A stretch of 64,000 nucleotides of DNA from Octopus vulgaris (GCA_951406725.2 OX597816.1:162874001-162938000); one strand, 5' to 3'. Shown: positions 31,332 through 44,569, counted from the first letter of the stretch. The notes: generated by a model from the sequence alone, not told the origin. Made by a program: numbers and translations.

Positions 31332-31364
31332 TATATATATATATATATAATATATATAATATAT

Positions 31365-31447
<83 letters not shown>

Positions 31448-31652
31448 TCAGTTACAATATAGGGTGAAATTAATTAATGGTTATCAGTAACAATATATGT
31501 AAATGACCACAGCATCTTGTAATTTATATATATATATATATATACATACACACACACACACATATATATATAAATACACACACACACAAACATATAAATA
31601 TGTGTACATATATATCGTGACGTGATATTTGCCAGCCGGCAACTATGATTGT

Positions 31653-31697
31653 CACACGCTGACGAGAGGTCAATACCTCGAAACTCGAGTCCGTGTG
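31653..31697 (+). ncRNA. Canonical minimal type I hammerhead ribozyme
   Basis: CACACG-CUGACGA-GAGGU-caau-ACCUC-GAAA-CUCGAG-UC-CGUGUG. All core nucleotides are intact and the predicted cut is after C31691. Confidence 0.88.
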
Positions 31698-32094
31698 TAT
31701 CATGAGTTGAAGACGGGAAGGATGACTTCCCTTTGCAAATACTGACAGGACACAGAAAGAACTCACTTTGATATTTATCATTGTTACATATATATCATAT
31801 ACGAAATATGATATTAGCTCTCTGGGAGAATGTAAATACATAATGTATAGCAGGGAGTCTAACCACTTCTAAAATTAGTTAAGAATGGGTGAGTACTGGC
31901 TGCAGATACAGCAAAGTGACTTGAAACTAATAAACAGAAAATATAACTTGACGAGAGAGAATCATTAACTGATATTTATGCATGTAGTGTGAATTTGCGT
32001 CAAGTATTCGTGTTAATACACACATGTACAGAGTCATAGATACGGATGGTTATGAATACCTTTACACAGAGACATGCTAATATATACATTTGTG

Positions 32095-32246
<152 letters not shown>

Positions 32247-32544
32247 TAAGACAAGGTATATTAGAATATATGTATTCGCTATCATACATGTATACACACA
32301 CATATATGAATATATATGTATGCATGGGAATAAATGAGAATATATGAGTGTGTATTTTCACACTCGCACAATCAAACCCTCTCCTCTCTCTCTCTCTCTC
32401 TCTCTCACTCTCTATCTTTCTGTATATATTTGTATGTGAGTGTGTGTGAGCGTCCGTGTATGCATCTATGAGCGGGTAATATGTGGGTGTGTGTGTGTAT
32501 GTGTGCTGGTGTAACGAATAATAGGCATACGCATTTGACATATA

Positions 32545-32575
<31 letters not shown>

Positions 32576-32638
32576 CTTCATATATATATGTGTATATATA
32601 TATATACATATACGTATAAATGCATATATATATGTGTG

Positions 32639-32669
<31 letters not shown>

Positions 32670-32698
32670 CAAATACATATATATATGTATATACATGT

Positions 32699-32742
<44 letters not shown>

Positions 32743-33364
32743 GCATACACACTACCGCATACACATACACACATCGCCCCCCCCATGCACACACACACAC
32801 GTATACACACGTACACACACGTACACGGACACACATAACATACACGTTCTCGCATTCACATTATTCAAAGACGCAATGCCCGCGCTTATGAATAACAGAC
32901 TCCAGAATTTTCATAACTCTGATGACAGCTCTATAACATCTGAGTGACAATGTTATTCGTTGGTGTTGATTTGTGAACTAGCTTGATGCCGATGACAGGT
33001 AGAAAGCCATAACGCATAACAAGCAACATAGTTTGTTGTTTTCACGATGGTGCCAGCAAAACACTGTTTGGTAATGATATTGTAGCAGTGAAAATGCAGT
33101 GACTGGTTGGGGTTTGACTAGCAAACTATCATATCATCTCCCAAATGGCGTGTGTTGGTGGGGTCTAGCATTGCTATTGTTGTTTGCACATCTGTTTGTC
33201 TGCTTGCTCCTTCTTCGCCCTTTTTTTTTTGTTTTTGTTCTTGTTTTTTTTTTTTTCACTTTCCTCTGCGCAAACGTGACGATGTGTTATGTTGATATGT
33301 GTGAATGTGTGTCTACAGAGACACAAACTCTCTCTCTCTCTGTTTCACACACACACACACTCAC

Positions 33365-33414
<50 letters not shown>

Positions 33415-33502
33415 GTCTGTGTGTGTGTATGCGTGTATTCATATATATATATATATGCATATATATATATATATTTATATATATATGCATATATATATAT
33501 AT

Positions 33503-33539
<37 letters not shown>

Positions 33540-33544
33540 CTATG

Positions 33545-33750
33545 TATTCTCTTTTACGCTTGTTTCAGTCATTTGATTGTGACCATGCTGGAACCCCACC
33601 TTTAGTCGAGCAAATCGTCCCGAGGACTTATTCTTTGTAAGCCTAGTATTTATTCTATCGGTCTCTTTTGCCGAATTACTAAGTTACGGGGACGTAAACA
33701 CACCGGCATCAGTTGTCAAGCGATGTCAAACACAGACACACAAACATACA
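33545..33750 (-). mobile_element. SINE family C 3' half
   Basis: Homology to other family C copies. Confidence 0.75.
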
Positions 33751-33770
33751 CACACACACACATATATATA

Positions 33771-33830
<60 letters not shown>

Positions 33831-33834
<4 letters not shown>

Positions 33835-34300
33835 TTAGAGAGTGACCACTATGTGGTTCACTCTAGTGCTCTTTTGGCGGGGAAATTTGAATCATAACTA
33901 CGAATACAATCGATTAAACCGCACGTGTATTTGACGCTCGCTCCGACTTAATAAATTGTATTTAAGACAAACCTCTGCTGAAGATTTATGGATGTTTTGT
34001 AAGTAAAATTGCATATTACATTAATAATGAAACAATTGTTCAGGGTTAATCTATTTTTTCGTTGTGTTTCACTTATCTTACGTTAAATGTAGTGGTATTT
34101 CTTCTCGGAAACAACTTTTAGTGGCTATACCATTAGCGGAGCTATTTTTAGCACTAGAGTGAACCACATAGTGGTCACTCTCTAATATTTATGTATAAAT
34201 TTGTATTTTTCCCTTGGTTTTTATGTGCTAAGCCACTTGGTGTTAAATTGATGGTATTATTAAATTAATATCAAATTTTTCACCCTCATTTATAAATAAA
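33831..34300 (+). mobile_element. Penelope-like pLTR fragment with hammerhead (33971-34046) and inverted copy of downstream sequence
   Basis: CUCUG-CUGAAGA..GAAA-CAAUUG-UU-CAGGG. Perfect 40-bp inverted repeat at 33831-33870 / 34150-34189. Confidence 0.65.
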
Positions 34301-34404
34301 TAAATATATATATATATATATGTTCATATGTCTATAGATACATGTATATACATATGTATATATACATACATATACGCATATGCACATGTATACATATATA
34401 TATA

Positions 34405-34632
34405 CTTTATTAAAAGCAGCAGAAATATCCCAAAAACTGTTACTCAGTTTCACACTCCCGTTCATCGGACAGTTTTGTTAGTCTAACAAAACTGTCCGAC
34501 GACCGGGAACGTGAAATTCTAAGTAGCAGCTTTTGTGATATTGCTGCTGCTTTTAATAAAGCATTTTACTCTACCTCTGGTATTTGAGTACTCTTTTTTC
34601 CACCTTGTTTCACATTTATGTGCTTACTCCGT
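34405..34632. mobile_element. Fold-back repeat carrying two opposed CCGANGA-core hammerheads (34433-34476 minus; 34488-34534 plus)
   Basis: AAAACUGU-CCGAUGA-ACGggagUGU-GAAAC-UGAGUA-ACAGUUUU. Same family as 47361-47496 and 53726-53870. Confidence 0.65.
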
Positions 34633-34639
34633 TATATAT

Positions 34640-36195
34640 AGTGAATCCAAACGAAGAAGAAACAAGAAAAAAACAATAACGTGAGGACGTGGTACAACTA
34701 CTATATTTTCAGACGCTCAGGAAAGGAAGGAAATAGGATTTAACGTTTCGAGCTAAACTCTTCTTCAGAAATAGAGTAAAGTCCAAAGGAAGGGAAGACG
34801 GAGGAAGAAAATAGCCAACGATACACACGTGGTTACATTTTGAAATGACCAGAAGGGAATGGATGACGGAAAAGTTCTTTCTAAGACAGGAGAGTGCAAG
34901 AGGAGATATGTGTATGTGTGGGTATGTGCGTGCGCGCAGGTGTGTGTGTGTGTAATAATAGACGAGTATGTGTATATGTGTTTGTGTGTGTGGTCTTGGC
35001 TGTTTATGCGTGTGTGTGTGTATGGAGTGGTCTTTGTCGTTTAATGTTGTAGGAAGAATTTACAGTAGGAAGTTTTTGTAGGAGTGGCTGTCTTTTGTGT
35101 GTCTCCCTTTACGTGTGCGTAGGAGAATGGTCAGTAGAAAGGTGTTTAACTGGTAGTTTGAAATATGTGTGTGCGCGTGTATGTATATGTTATGTGTGTG
35201 TATGTGTTTTGTGTGCAGTGCATGCCTGTATCTGTGTGTGTGTGTGTGTGTGCGTATGTATGTGTGTATGTGTGAGTATGTGTGTAAGTGTGGGGTTGTG
35301 CGTACTGTGTGCGTGTGCGTGTATGTGCGTGTGTGTGTATGTCCATGAATGTATAGTTGCGTGCGTGTATGTATGAATGTGTGTTGTGTGTGTGTAAGGT
35401 ATATGTGGATTCATTTGCGTGTGCGTATATGTGTGTGTGTGTATATATATATGTGTGTGCGTGTGAATGTATATGTGTGTACATGTGTGTGTATGTATGT
35501 GCGTGTGTATTTTGTGTGTGTGTGCATGTGTATGTGCGTATATGTGCGTGTGTATGTGTGCGTATGTATGTGTATGTGGGTGGGTGTACGTGTGCGTGGG
35601 GTTGTGAGTGTTAGGTATGGGTGAATTCATGTGCATATGTGTGCGTGTGTACATGTGTGGTTATGTATGTGTGTATGTGTATGTGCGTGTGTGTATGTAT
35701 ATATTGTGTGTGCGTGTGTGTATGTATGTGTGGGTATATGTGTGTGTATGTGAATGTCTGCGCATGCGTGTGTGCGTGGGGTTGTGTAAGGGGTTGTTTG
35801 GGAGCATATGTGCGTTGATGTGTGTGTCCGTGTGTCCGTGTGCTTACGTGCGTGTGCTTACGTGCGTGTGTGCGTGTCTGCTTATGACCATATGTGTGTA
35901 ATTGTATGTAATTGTGTGCGTGTTTGTAGTAGTGTGCAGCAGGAGGTATGTGTGCGTATATGTGCGATTGTATGCATGTGTGTGCATCCATACGTACAGT
36001 TTACCACAGAGGTTGCATCTAATACAGTATATGAGGCTAGAAGAGGCGCAAGAGAAGGAATTTGTGATGTGAAGAGCGTGCTGGCTGGAACCAGATAGAG
36101 AGAGATAGTGTTGGTGATGGAGGGACAGGTGCGGCTGCCGGATCTGGAGCACACGAAGGATCCGGGTGAGATGCTCCTGTACGGCATGTGTGTAC
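34640..36195 (-). mobile_element. Truncated Penelope-like (Neptune-type) retroelement: GIY-YIG fragment, CA-rich spacer, pLTR with hammerhead (34738-34772)
   Basis: All parts lie on the minus strand in the expected order. HHR reads AUUU-CUGAAGA-A-GAGU-uua-GCUC-GAAACGUU-AAAU. Confidence 0.55.
35988..36195 (-). pseudogene. Penelope/Neptune Cys-rich linker plus GIY-YIG endonuclease N-terminal fragment
   Basis: PGSFVCSRSGSRTCPSITNT, then a frameshift, then HITNSFSCASSSLIYCIRCNLCGKLYV (LIY..CxxC..LYV). Confidence 0.75.
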
Positions 36196-36229
36196 GGCAT
36201 GTAGCAGTAGTTGCAAGGGCAGCAGCAGC

Positions 36230-36246
36230 AGCAGCAGCAGTAGCAT

Positions 36247-36299
<53 letters not shown>

Positions 36300-36307
36300 T
36301 TTTTAGC

Positions 36308-36342
<35 letters not shown>

Positions 36343-36352
36343 CAGCAGCAGC

Positions 36353-36399
<47 letters not shown>

Positions 36400-36400
36400 C

Positions 36401-36442
<42 letters not shown>

Positions 36443-36445
36443 TGT
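36230..36445. repeat. (TAG)n/(CAG)n trinucleotide tract
   Basis: Direct inspection. Confidence 0.95.
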
Positions 36446-36467
36446 AGTCCTTTCTGCTAAGAGCAAA

Positions 36468-37275
36468 AGGCGGGCGAAATGCTCAGTGGTATTTCGTCTG
36501 CCGTTATGCTCTGAGTTCAAATTCCGCCGAGGTCGACTTTGCTTTTCATCCTTTCGGGGTCAGTAAATTAAGTACCAGTTACGCACTGGGATCGATGTAA
36601 TCGACTTAATCCCTTTGTCTGTCCTTGTTTGTCCCCCCTATGTTTAGCCCCTTGTGGGCAATGAAGAAATAATAGAACGTATTTTATCGACCCCGAAAGG
36701 AGGAAAAGCAAAGTGAACTTCAGCGGAGTTTGAACTCAGAAGGTAAGAAGACGGACGAAATGTCGTTAAGCATTTCGTTCGGCATGCTATCGATTCTGTC
36801 AGGTAGTTTATATTGAGATGCTTTCTTCTCGTGTCATGCGAGGCACATAAGGGCCGGTTTCAATGGTGTATACATTTTCTATCTGGACGAGACGCCTGTC
36901 CGTCGCAGGATTATCTCATTTTTACCAGTTGAGCGGACTGGGGCAATGTGAAATGGAGTGTTTTGCTCAAGAACACAACGCATCGTCTGGTCCAGGAATC
37001 GAAACCACAATCTTACGATCATGAGTCCAACACCTTAACCACTAAGCCACGCGCCTCCATGGTTTATATATCGGTTTCAAATTTTGGTAAATACCCAATA
37101 ATTTCACGGAAGTGGGTAAGTTGATTACACCGACCCCCAGTTCTCAACTGGTATTTATTTTATCGAGTTTGAAAGGATGAAAGGCAAAGTCGACATCAGC
37201 GGAATTTGAACTCACATCGTAATGACCTACAGAATGCCGCTAAGCCGTGCGCCCGTCGTGCTAACGACTCTAACA
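36468..37275. mobile_element. SINE cluster: family A (+ 36468-36671; - 36681-36800; - 37071-37275) and a tRNA/CORE-like SINE (- 36850-37058)
   Basis: Homology to other copies in the window. Confidence 0.75.
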
Positions 37276-38894
37276 GGACGCGTATTATATATAACACGTT
37301 ATTATTAGTTAATTAACGTTAACTATTAAATATTAGTTAATCAATATGAATAATTCATTGTTAGTTATATATAGGTGAGTTATTTATGGTTTGTCTGCTG
37401 CATTGGAAGCTAAATAAATCGATTTTGCATTTTTACAGGAAGATCGATAGTGTACAGTACAGCTTTACTTCCAGCTAAATTTTCCTTATTCCTCGCTAAG
37501 CCGTTTCATGTCTTTTCAACAAGTTAACATGACAAGCAAGTGAAGCAAAGATCCAATATAGATACATCAACAGCTGCAAAGCCACCAGGACTCCCTAATA
37601 TACTTCTCTGCTGATGTAAGTGATATACTCGGTTCTTCCAAAGATATTACTCACCAAGAAATTCGTAAATCACTTTGGGTGATTTTCAGGTGGAAATTAG
37701 TCATGCAGATAAGGTATTGAATTATCTGGTTATCTATAGGATATGAGTTCACATTACTTGATATCTTTACCTCCTCGGCAGGTCATTTTATTTTACGTTC
37801 TCATTGTTCGTCTATCGATCAAGAGTAGACAGTAATTTATCTAGAAACATTATGTTACCCTGTCCATAGCAGATTCGTCTCTTTAATATAAGACACGAGA
37901 CAAGAGATCTGTAACAGTTAAAAGATTGTTTCAAGTCACCTCCTCTTAACCCAGGGCTCCGAATATATTTCCATTTTACATGCATTTCTCTCGGAAAAAC
38001 CTTTCCATGGCAATTAGAGAAGTTAGAAATAGTATTGTAATTTCTCACAAATCGCACCCCACTGTTTTATGTATGTAGATATGAATAAGTCAACAGAAGA
38101 GACCTTTATATGGTAGCGTGAAAAGTTAGAAACAATAGCCTAATGTCTCTCAAATCATATACTACTGAATTACGTATGTATTCATATATATGAACCAACG
38201 AAGAAAGCCTCAACATGGTAACTAGGAAATTAAAAAGCAGCCAAATCTCTCTCAAATCGTTTCCTCCTCTCTTTAAAAGATTAAAGACACGTTCTGAAGT
38301 TCTAATACCAATACAGCAGAAAATATACGGCATGGTGGCAGACAGAATTCTTTTGATCATATGCATACTTGATCAAGAACAAACTTAGTGTTAAATGAAA
38401 ACGGAAACCTCAGAGAGAGAATTTTGCCAGTAACTACTTCAGGTTGGATTAGTACGAGATTAATATTAGTATCAAATTTGAGAATAAGGCCAGTCATTTC
38501 AGAGGGGGTGGGGTAAGTCGATTATATCGACTTTATGTTCAAACTAGCCAGATCCAGCCTTTCACACATAGCCTACAATGTAATTCTAATTCTAAAAATG
38601 AACAAGTACATTGTCAAAAACCTCGAAGCTATGAGATTATGCAAGATAAATTTAAAACAATATGAATTGTGAATAATTGTGAATAAATAAACGTTAAATT
38701 TGACACAGTAATCTGATTGCTAAAGGGCTAAGTTTGTTTTTTACATTGGAGTCAAAACATTAACATTGCACAGCAGCAAAGGAAATAAATAGACTCCTTT
38801 AAAACCTATATTTCACTAAGAATTTGTTCTTATTAGTCCGTCCGTTGATATCGACGCTGACCAGGTACGTCATATTCGAGAAGACGGGCCACAG

Positions 38895-39225
38895 TTTGTC
38901 CAGTTACGGCTAATCAGTCCGATACGTGCTCGGAAGGCACCGCCGGAGGTCGGCCACATGTGGTCCGTAGGGACTGAAGGCGAGAATCTGATTCTGGACT
39001 TGCCTGTTTCATATTTTCCTTATGCCCCTGCAATCCTATTCTCTTCATTGGTGGTGGGGAACTTCTGTTGGTGCAGCTTTGTCAGCAAGGGTGGTCTGGC
39101 ATATGTGTTTCCCAGGGATCGGGGCTGATTTCAAAGCTCTTCAGTGAAGCTTTGAATGCATCCTTTAAACGCTTTTCTTGTTCACCTTACGCGTGCTTAC
39201 CTTCCGGAAATATTACCCGATATAT
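38895..39225 (-). mobile_element. RTE-clade LINE 3' ORF fragment
   Basis: GEQEKRLKDAFKASLKSFEISPDPWET..PTDHMWPTSGGAFRARIGLISR matches the RTE C-terminal pattern. Confidence 0.75.
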
Positions 39226-39664
39226 AAGAGGCAACTCTGGAAGTATATTTTTGCCACCGTTGATATCAGAAATAATGGCATACATATAATAATCATAATT
39301 AGAGTAGTATCAAGTTTCTTGATGCTCATACAAAATGATGAAAGGAATAATTTTCAAGCGATAAAGTTTTATTATCACAAAATAAAATTAAATGAAAGAA
39401 ATTACGAAAACTTTTTAAGAAATTAAAATAAAATTGGTTCCTAGGTTGTTTTAATATTCTGGTTGTTCATACACATACACACTCTTCCCCCTTTATACTT
39501 ACCTAAAAATATATATGTACATATATAGATATAAAGCAAATGACTAACAATGAGGAGAGACAAAGTCGACCTCGGCGGAATTTGAACTCAGAACGTAGCG
39601 GCAGACAAAATAGCGCTAAGCATTTCGCCCGGCGTGCAAACGATTCTACCATCTCGCCGCCTTA

Positions 39665-39757
<93 letters not shown>

Positions 39758-39895
39758 ATATTGTACGTTTGTTTGCATATGCATGTATATATCTATATCT
39801 ATATATATATATATTTGTGTATGCATATATGAATACATATATATGTAGTCGTACGCAGGTATGTGTTAATCGTTGATTGAACTTTCGTGTATAAA

Positions 39896-39957
<62 letters not shown>

Positions 39958-40177
39958 CTGGGGCATGTATAATAACAAACCATATCACGGAAAGATAGTT
40001 CTTTGTGAATTAAACAAGTCACCATTATTACTTACTCAAACCATATGTAAGGAGAGACGGCGATTCCGGTTCCACAAAGAACTTTGTCCGTCCATTGCCG
40101 CTGGAACTCAAGATGGTTAAATCAACCTCACTATGTCAGGTGCATGTATGTATGTCAGATACATGTATGTACGTATG

Positions 40178-40211
<34 letters not shown>

Positions 40212-40482
40212 TGTATGTATGTATGTATGTATGTATGTATGTATGTATGTATGTATGCGTTGTGCATGCGCATGTATCTTTGAAAGGATGTGTATATGTG
40301 TGTGCGTGCGTATGTATGTGCTCGTGCGTATGCGTTTGTATGAATGCATTTATATATGTGTATGTGTATATGTATGCGAGTGTGTATCAATTAATAAATG
40401 TTTTTGTGTATCTATGCTCGTATATATATATATGTATGCATCCATGTGTGATTGTACATATATATGTGTGTGTGTGAGTACA

Positions 40483-40518
<36 letters not shown>

Positions 40519-41236
40519 TGTATGTATGTATGTATGTATGTATGTATGTATGTATATGGGAGGGCAGGAATGCAATCTAGAGTTGTGCGCCAGATCACGA
40601 CTGATATGCTTCGCTTAATTCAAGGCAGTTCCTATCTCATCGTCACGAAGTTTCCGATTTAACTTCAAGAGACGCCTGCAAAAAGAGAAGAAAGTTACAA
40701 CGTATCTGCATATTATATCAAAGTGAATATGTAATTCTCAGCAGACAGCCCACTGACACTCGGCACACTCATTGAACGATGCATCGTGGCTGACTGCCTA
40801 GAGAACTGTTTGTGAAGTCTATAGAGTAAAAGCTGCTCAAGTCTCCCAGCGAGCTACGTTCTCAATGCGGTTATGTTTTCCGGTTGAAGCGACTCTCTTC
40901 CATTGACACCGCTAGCATTCTTCAGAAAAGCACGTACAGCACCATCCTTCATTTTCGTTTCCTGAAAATAAAAGTCTTGCGCATAGTCTTGGAGAAAAAG
41001 AAAATACATTTGTGCTTAGTCTATAAAAGAAACGATATTTTAGAAAATTACAACCTATTTAGAAAATTATAGTGAATTGTTATCTAAAAAAAGAAAATTG
41101 AAAATGTAAGAAGTACACTTCTGAAGGAACGTGAAAAGGGAACAAAAATAGGGAGCTTGTTAATAGAAACCTACGATGATAGGAATTTCAAGAGGAATTT
41201 TAATTAAATTGTATTGAACTCTGAGACTCGAGTTGT

Positions 41237-41433
41237 TGTTGTTAAGCAACAAGACGGGTAAGGGTGATTAGGTGATGGTCTAGGGCTTAGGGCCGGGAGA
41301 CCCAAGACTTTGGAAAAAAAAAAAACTTTGGTCATCTTGTAGTCGAGGGCTCTTTGTTGATGCCCGACACCACTGGGAGGTGGCCATCGAAGTCGCTGGA
41401 AATGGAGATCTCCAGGTCCAAATTCTTGAACGG
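41237..41433 (-). mobile_element. ~200-bp retroposon with (CAA)n tail and ~16-bp TSD
   Basis: TSD CTGAGACTC(G/A)AGTTGT at 41221 and 41434. Second, inverted copy at 43714-43920. Confidence 0.7.
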
Positions 41434-41640
41434 CTGAGACTCAAGTTGTAACTCAGAGTAAAACATATTTTGTCCTGTATGGTCAAAATGTAATAAAGAA
41501 ACTCCTTTTGACATATGCGGTTGTTTTTGTTTTTTAGCCCCGTTTAAACTCCGATTAACCCCTTAATGGATCTATTATCTCATTTCAGAGCATATTTTTT
41601 TTATTTCCTTTAATTATAAACACTGTGTTAATTAGAAAAA

Positions 41641-42033
41641 GTGGAGGCGCAATGGCTCAGTGGTTAAGGCAGCGGACTCGCGGTCATAGGATCGCGGTTT
41701 CGATTCTCAGACAGGGCGTTGTGAGTGTTTATTGAGCGAAAACACCTAAAAGCTCCACGAGGCTCCGGCAGGGGATGGTGGGGATCCCTGCTGTACTCTT
41801 TCATCACAACTTTCTCTCACTCTTACTTCCTGTTTCTGTTGTACCTGTATTTCAAAGGGCCGGCCTTGTCACTCTCTGTGTCACGCTGAATATCCCCGAG
41901 AACTACGTTAAGGGTACACGTGTCTGTGGAGTGCTCAGCCACTTACACGTTAATTTCACGAGCAGGCTGTTCCATTGATTCGGATCAACCGGAACCCTCA
42001 TCGTCGTAACCGACGGAGTGCTTCCATCCATAA
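41641..42033 (+). mobile_element. Full-length tRNA-derived SINE family B nested in the piggyBac
   Basis: 14-bp TSD GTTAATTAGAAAAA at 41627-41640 and 42034-42047. A and B boxes present. Confidence 0.9.
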
Positions 42034-42241
42034 GTTAATTAGAAAAAAAAAGTATTTTTTAAAATCTTTTTTCCTATATTTTTTTATTATAGAAATTAAA
42101 ATGTGTACTTTTTAATCATTTGGATTTAAACCAGTTAACTCGGACATTGAAAAATACATATAACTTAACTATCTTCGATTTTTTAATAAGATGTATTGCT
42201 TTTAAATCAATGGAAAATTTTTAAAAAATGAAATATGTAGT

Positions 42242-42660
42242 TTATTTTGAATAACAATTTTTAAAACAAGGAGTTACACACGAAGTTATCTTGCAGACAT
42301 CACACATGTATCTGCTTTCTCTTCGAATCTTCTTTCCTTTAGTGTCTCTCTTCTCTACGCATTTTGCACACTGTCTTGTAGGATCCTTTTTCTTATCACT
42401 TGGTGGTATTTACATGGGACAGTGACCAGCTGGGGCAAATCTTGGATATGGGATCGATGATGGTCTTCCTGGTTTCGTGGGAGGCAATAAGGGCCTATAT
42501 TTTTCAATAATCCTGGTGATTATTTGCATCATAAATTTCAGCAGTTTCATAGTAGAAGCTGAAGTTTCCAAAGATGCTTAATGCAAAACATAACAAAACA
42601 TTCCAGATAGCCAAATCCATCAAATGAAAAATATACTTATTTTTTTTTAAACAACGCGAG
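42242..42660 (-). pseudogene. piggyBac transposase C-terminal fragment with cysteine-rich domain
   Basis: KYIFHLMDLAIWN..GHCP..PTRQCAKC..KGKKIRRESRYMCDVCKITSCVTPCFKNCYSK*. Confidence 0.85.
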
Positions 42661-42835
42661 TAAATTCGTGATTGCTCAAAAATGAAACGGTACAAAACAA
42701 ATAAACTCGTGTAAGTGCTAAACTTAAAAGTTAATTTTGACCGAGTATACTCGTCTGGTTCTAAAATGATACATTTGCGATGCACGAGTAAACTCGGGAT
42801 AATCCATTAAGGGGTGCAGGAAGTCCAACTTTGCC

Positions 42836-43370
42836 GTTCCCGTTTGTTGAGTTACGTATTGACTACCAATCGAACATTGAGTGAACTGACATATGATCAA
42901 AGATATTCCAATTGCGACACTCGTTTGTTTTGCAATGTATTGACTACCAATTGAACTCTGGTTGAAAAGACATATGATCAAAGACATTCCAGGCGTGATC
43001 TTACCATTTGTTTTGTAGTGTATTGTCTACCGATTAAGCTTGAACAGACATATGATCAAAGACATTCCAGTCATGACCCTCCCGTTTGTTTTGCAATGTA
43101 TTGTTGAGTTGCGTATTGACTATTGGTTGAACTCTGATTGAACAGACATACAATCAAAGATATTCCAACCGCGACACTCCCGTTTGTTTTGCAATGAATT
43201 GTCTACCAATTGAACTCTGACTGAACAAGTGTATCGTCAAAGACTTTCCAGTAGTGACCCTCCAGGTTGTTTGATAGTGTATTGACGATCAATTGAACTC
43301 TGAGCAGAAATAGGGTCAAAGACATTCTAATCATGACCTTTCAGTCTTTTAGTAGGGTTTGACTCCAATT
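42836..43370. repeat. Degenerate ~80-bp tandem minisatellite (~6-7 units)
   Basis: GACATATGATCAAAGACATTCCA / CCCGTTTGTTTTGCAATGTATTG recur at ~78-99 bp spacing. Confidence 0.8.
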
Positions 43371-43713
43371 ACTGCTGATTGCTTTCGTTATTAGCATCTC
43401 TTCAGACAGATCTATAATCAGATATGTTTTCGCCCTAACTCTAACGTCTGCTTACAGTAGTCAAGAAACTGAGTACATGTTATATTACTGGTACTTTGAT
43501 TGTATTTCGTTCAATGATACATGCTACCTCACAATATATCTACAAACTTGTAACAGACTGCACGTGTAGACAGATGTAAAAATCTTACCTTTATAGGAAA
43601 CATTGTGGTGGCCAAATTCGTAAACAGTCTCAGGAAATATCGCAAAGCACTTTAACAATTATTTTACAGTTCTACCAGAAAGCCACCTTGGCAGTAACAG
43701 TAGCAGCAGCAGC

Positions 43714-43920
43714 AGCCGTTCAAGAATTTGGACCTGGAGATCTCCATTTCCAGCGACTTCGAGGGCCATCTCCCAGCGGTGTAGGGCGTCAACGAAGAAC
43801 CCTCGACTACAACAAGACGACCAAAGTTTTTTTCCAAGGTCTGGGGTCTCCCGCTTCTAAGCCCTAGACCATCACCTAATCATCCTTACCCGTCTTGCTG
43901 CTTAACAGCAACAACAACAG
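43714..43920 (+). mobile_element. Second copy of the ~200-bp (CAA)n-tailed retroposon
   Basis: Reverse complement of 41232-41436 with scattered substitutions. Confidence 0.7.
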
Positions 43921-44569
43921 CAGGAGCAGCAGCAATATCAACAACAACAATCCTTTCCACAATATGTACAAGGACAGCAATTTGGGGGTGGGGTTAAGTT
44001 AATTATATCGACCCCAGTGCTCAACCGGTACTTCTTTTATCGATCTTGAAAGAACGAAAGGTAAAGTCGACCTCGACGGAATTTGAGCGCAGAACGTAAA
44101 GACAGACGAAATGTGGTTAAGCTTTTTTGCCCGGCTAACGATTCTGCCATTTCGCCGTCTTTATAATAAAAATAACAACAACAACAACAACAACAACAAC
44201 AATAGCAACAACAACAACAACAACAGTAGCAACAGTAGCAGCAGATGGAGAGTAAGCAATATGAACGTGCTTAGTGCTGATATTTTAATTCATATCCTAT
44301 GTAGAAACAATTTATTAACATTCTCAGTAGATAAATTTATATTTAAGTAGATCTAAATATATCATTTGACACAAGTACCACAATTTATTTGTCAATTTTT
44401 TACTAAATTGAAACAAATATAAATATGGAGGGAAAAATAATCTACAACAACAACGATAGAGAAAAAACAACACAGAAACCAATTGAAAACAATTATATGT
44501 ATGTATGTATGTATCTATGTATGTATATATGTATGTATATATGTATGTATGTATGTATCTATCTGTCTG

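Larger units (their letters stand above)
41559..42814 (-). mobile_element. Internally deleted piggyBac (PGBD4-like) element
   Basis: 13-bp TIR CCCCTTAATGGAT and TTAA on the left flank. Subterminal palindromes CGAGTA(T/A)ACTCG. Transposase C-terminus present. Confidence 0.8.

Noticed and set aside
40570-40962. Two minus-strand splice-acceptor-like sites with short open frames
   Set aside because: The frames stop early, no donor sites or homology were recognised, and exons cannot be supported.
41643-41715. tRNA-like sequence
   Set aside because: It is a SINE head that continues into the SINE body within a TSD, not a tRNA gene.
42836-43370. Regularly spaced repeats resembling a CRISPR array
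   Set aside because: Whole units are homologous with no unique spacers, there are no cas genes, and the context is eukaryotic.
43750-43810. HDV-like ribozyme fold in the CAA-tailed retroposon
   Set aside because: P1 is only about 4 bp, the G1 pair and J4/2 are not canonical, and pairing is inconsistent between the two copies.
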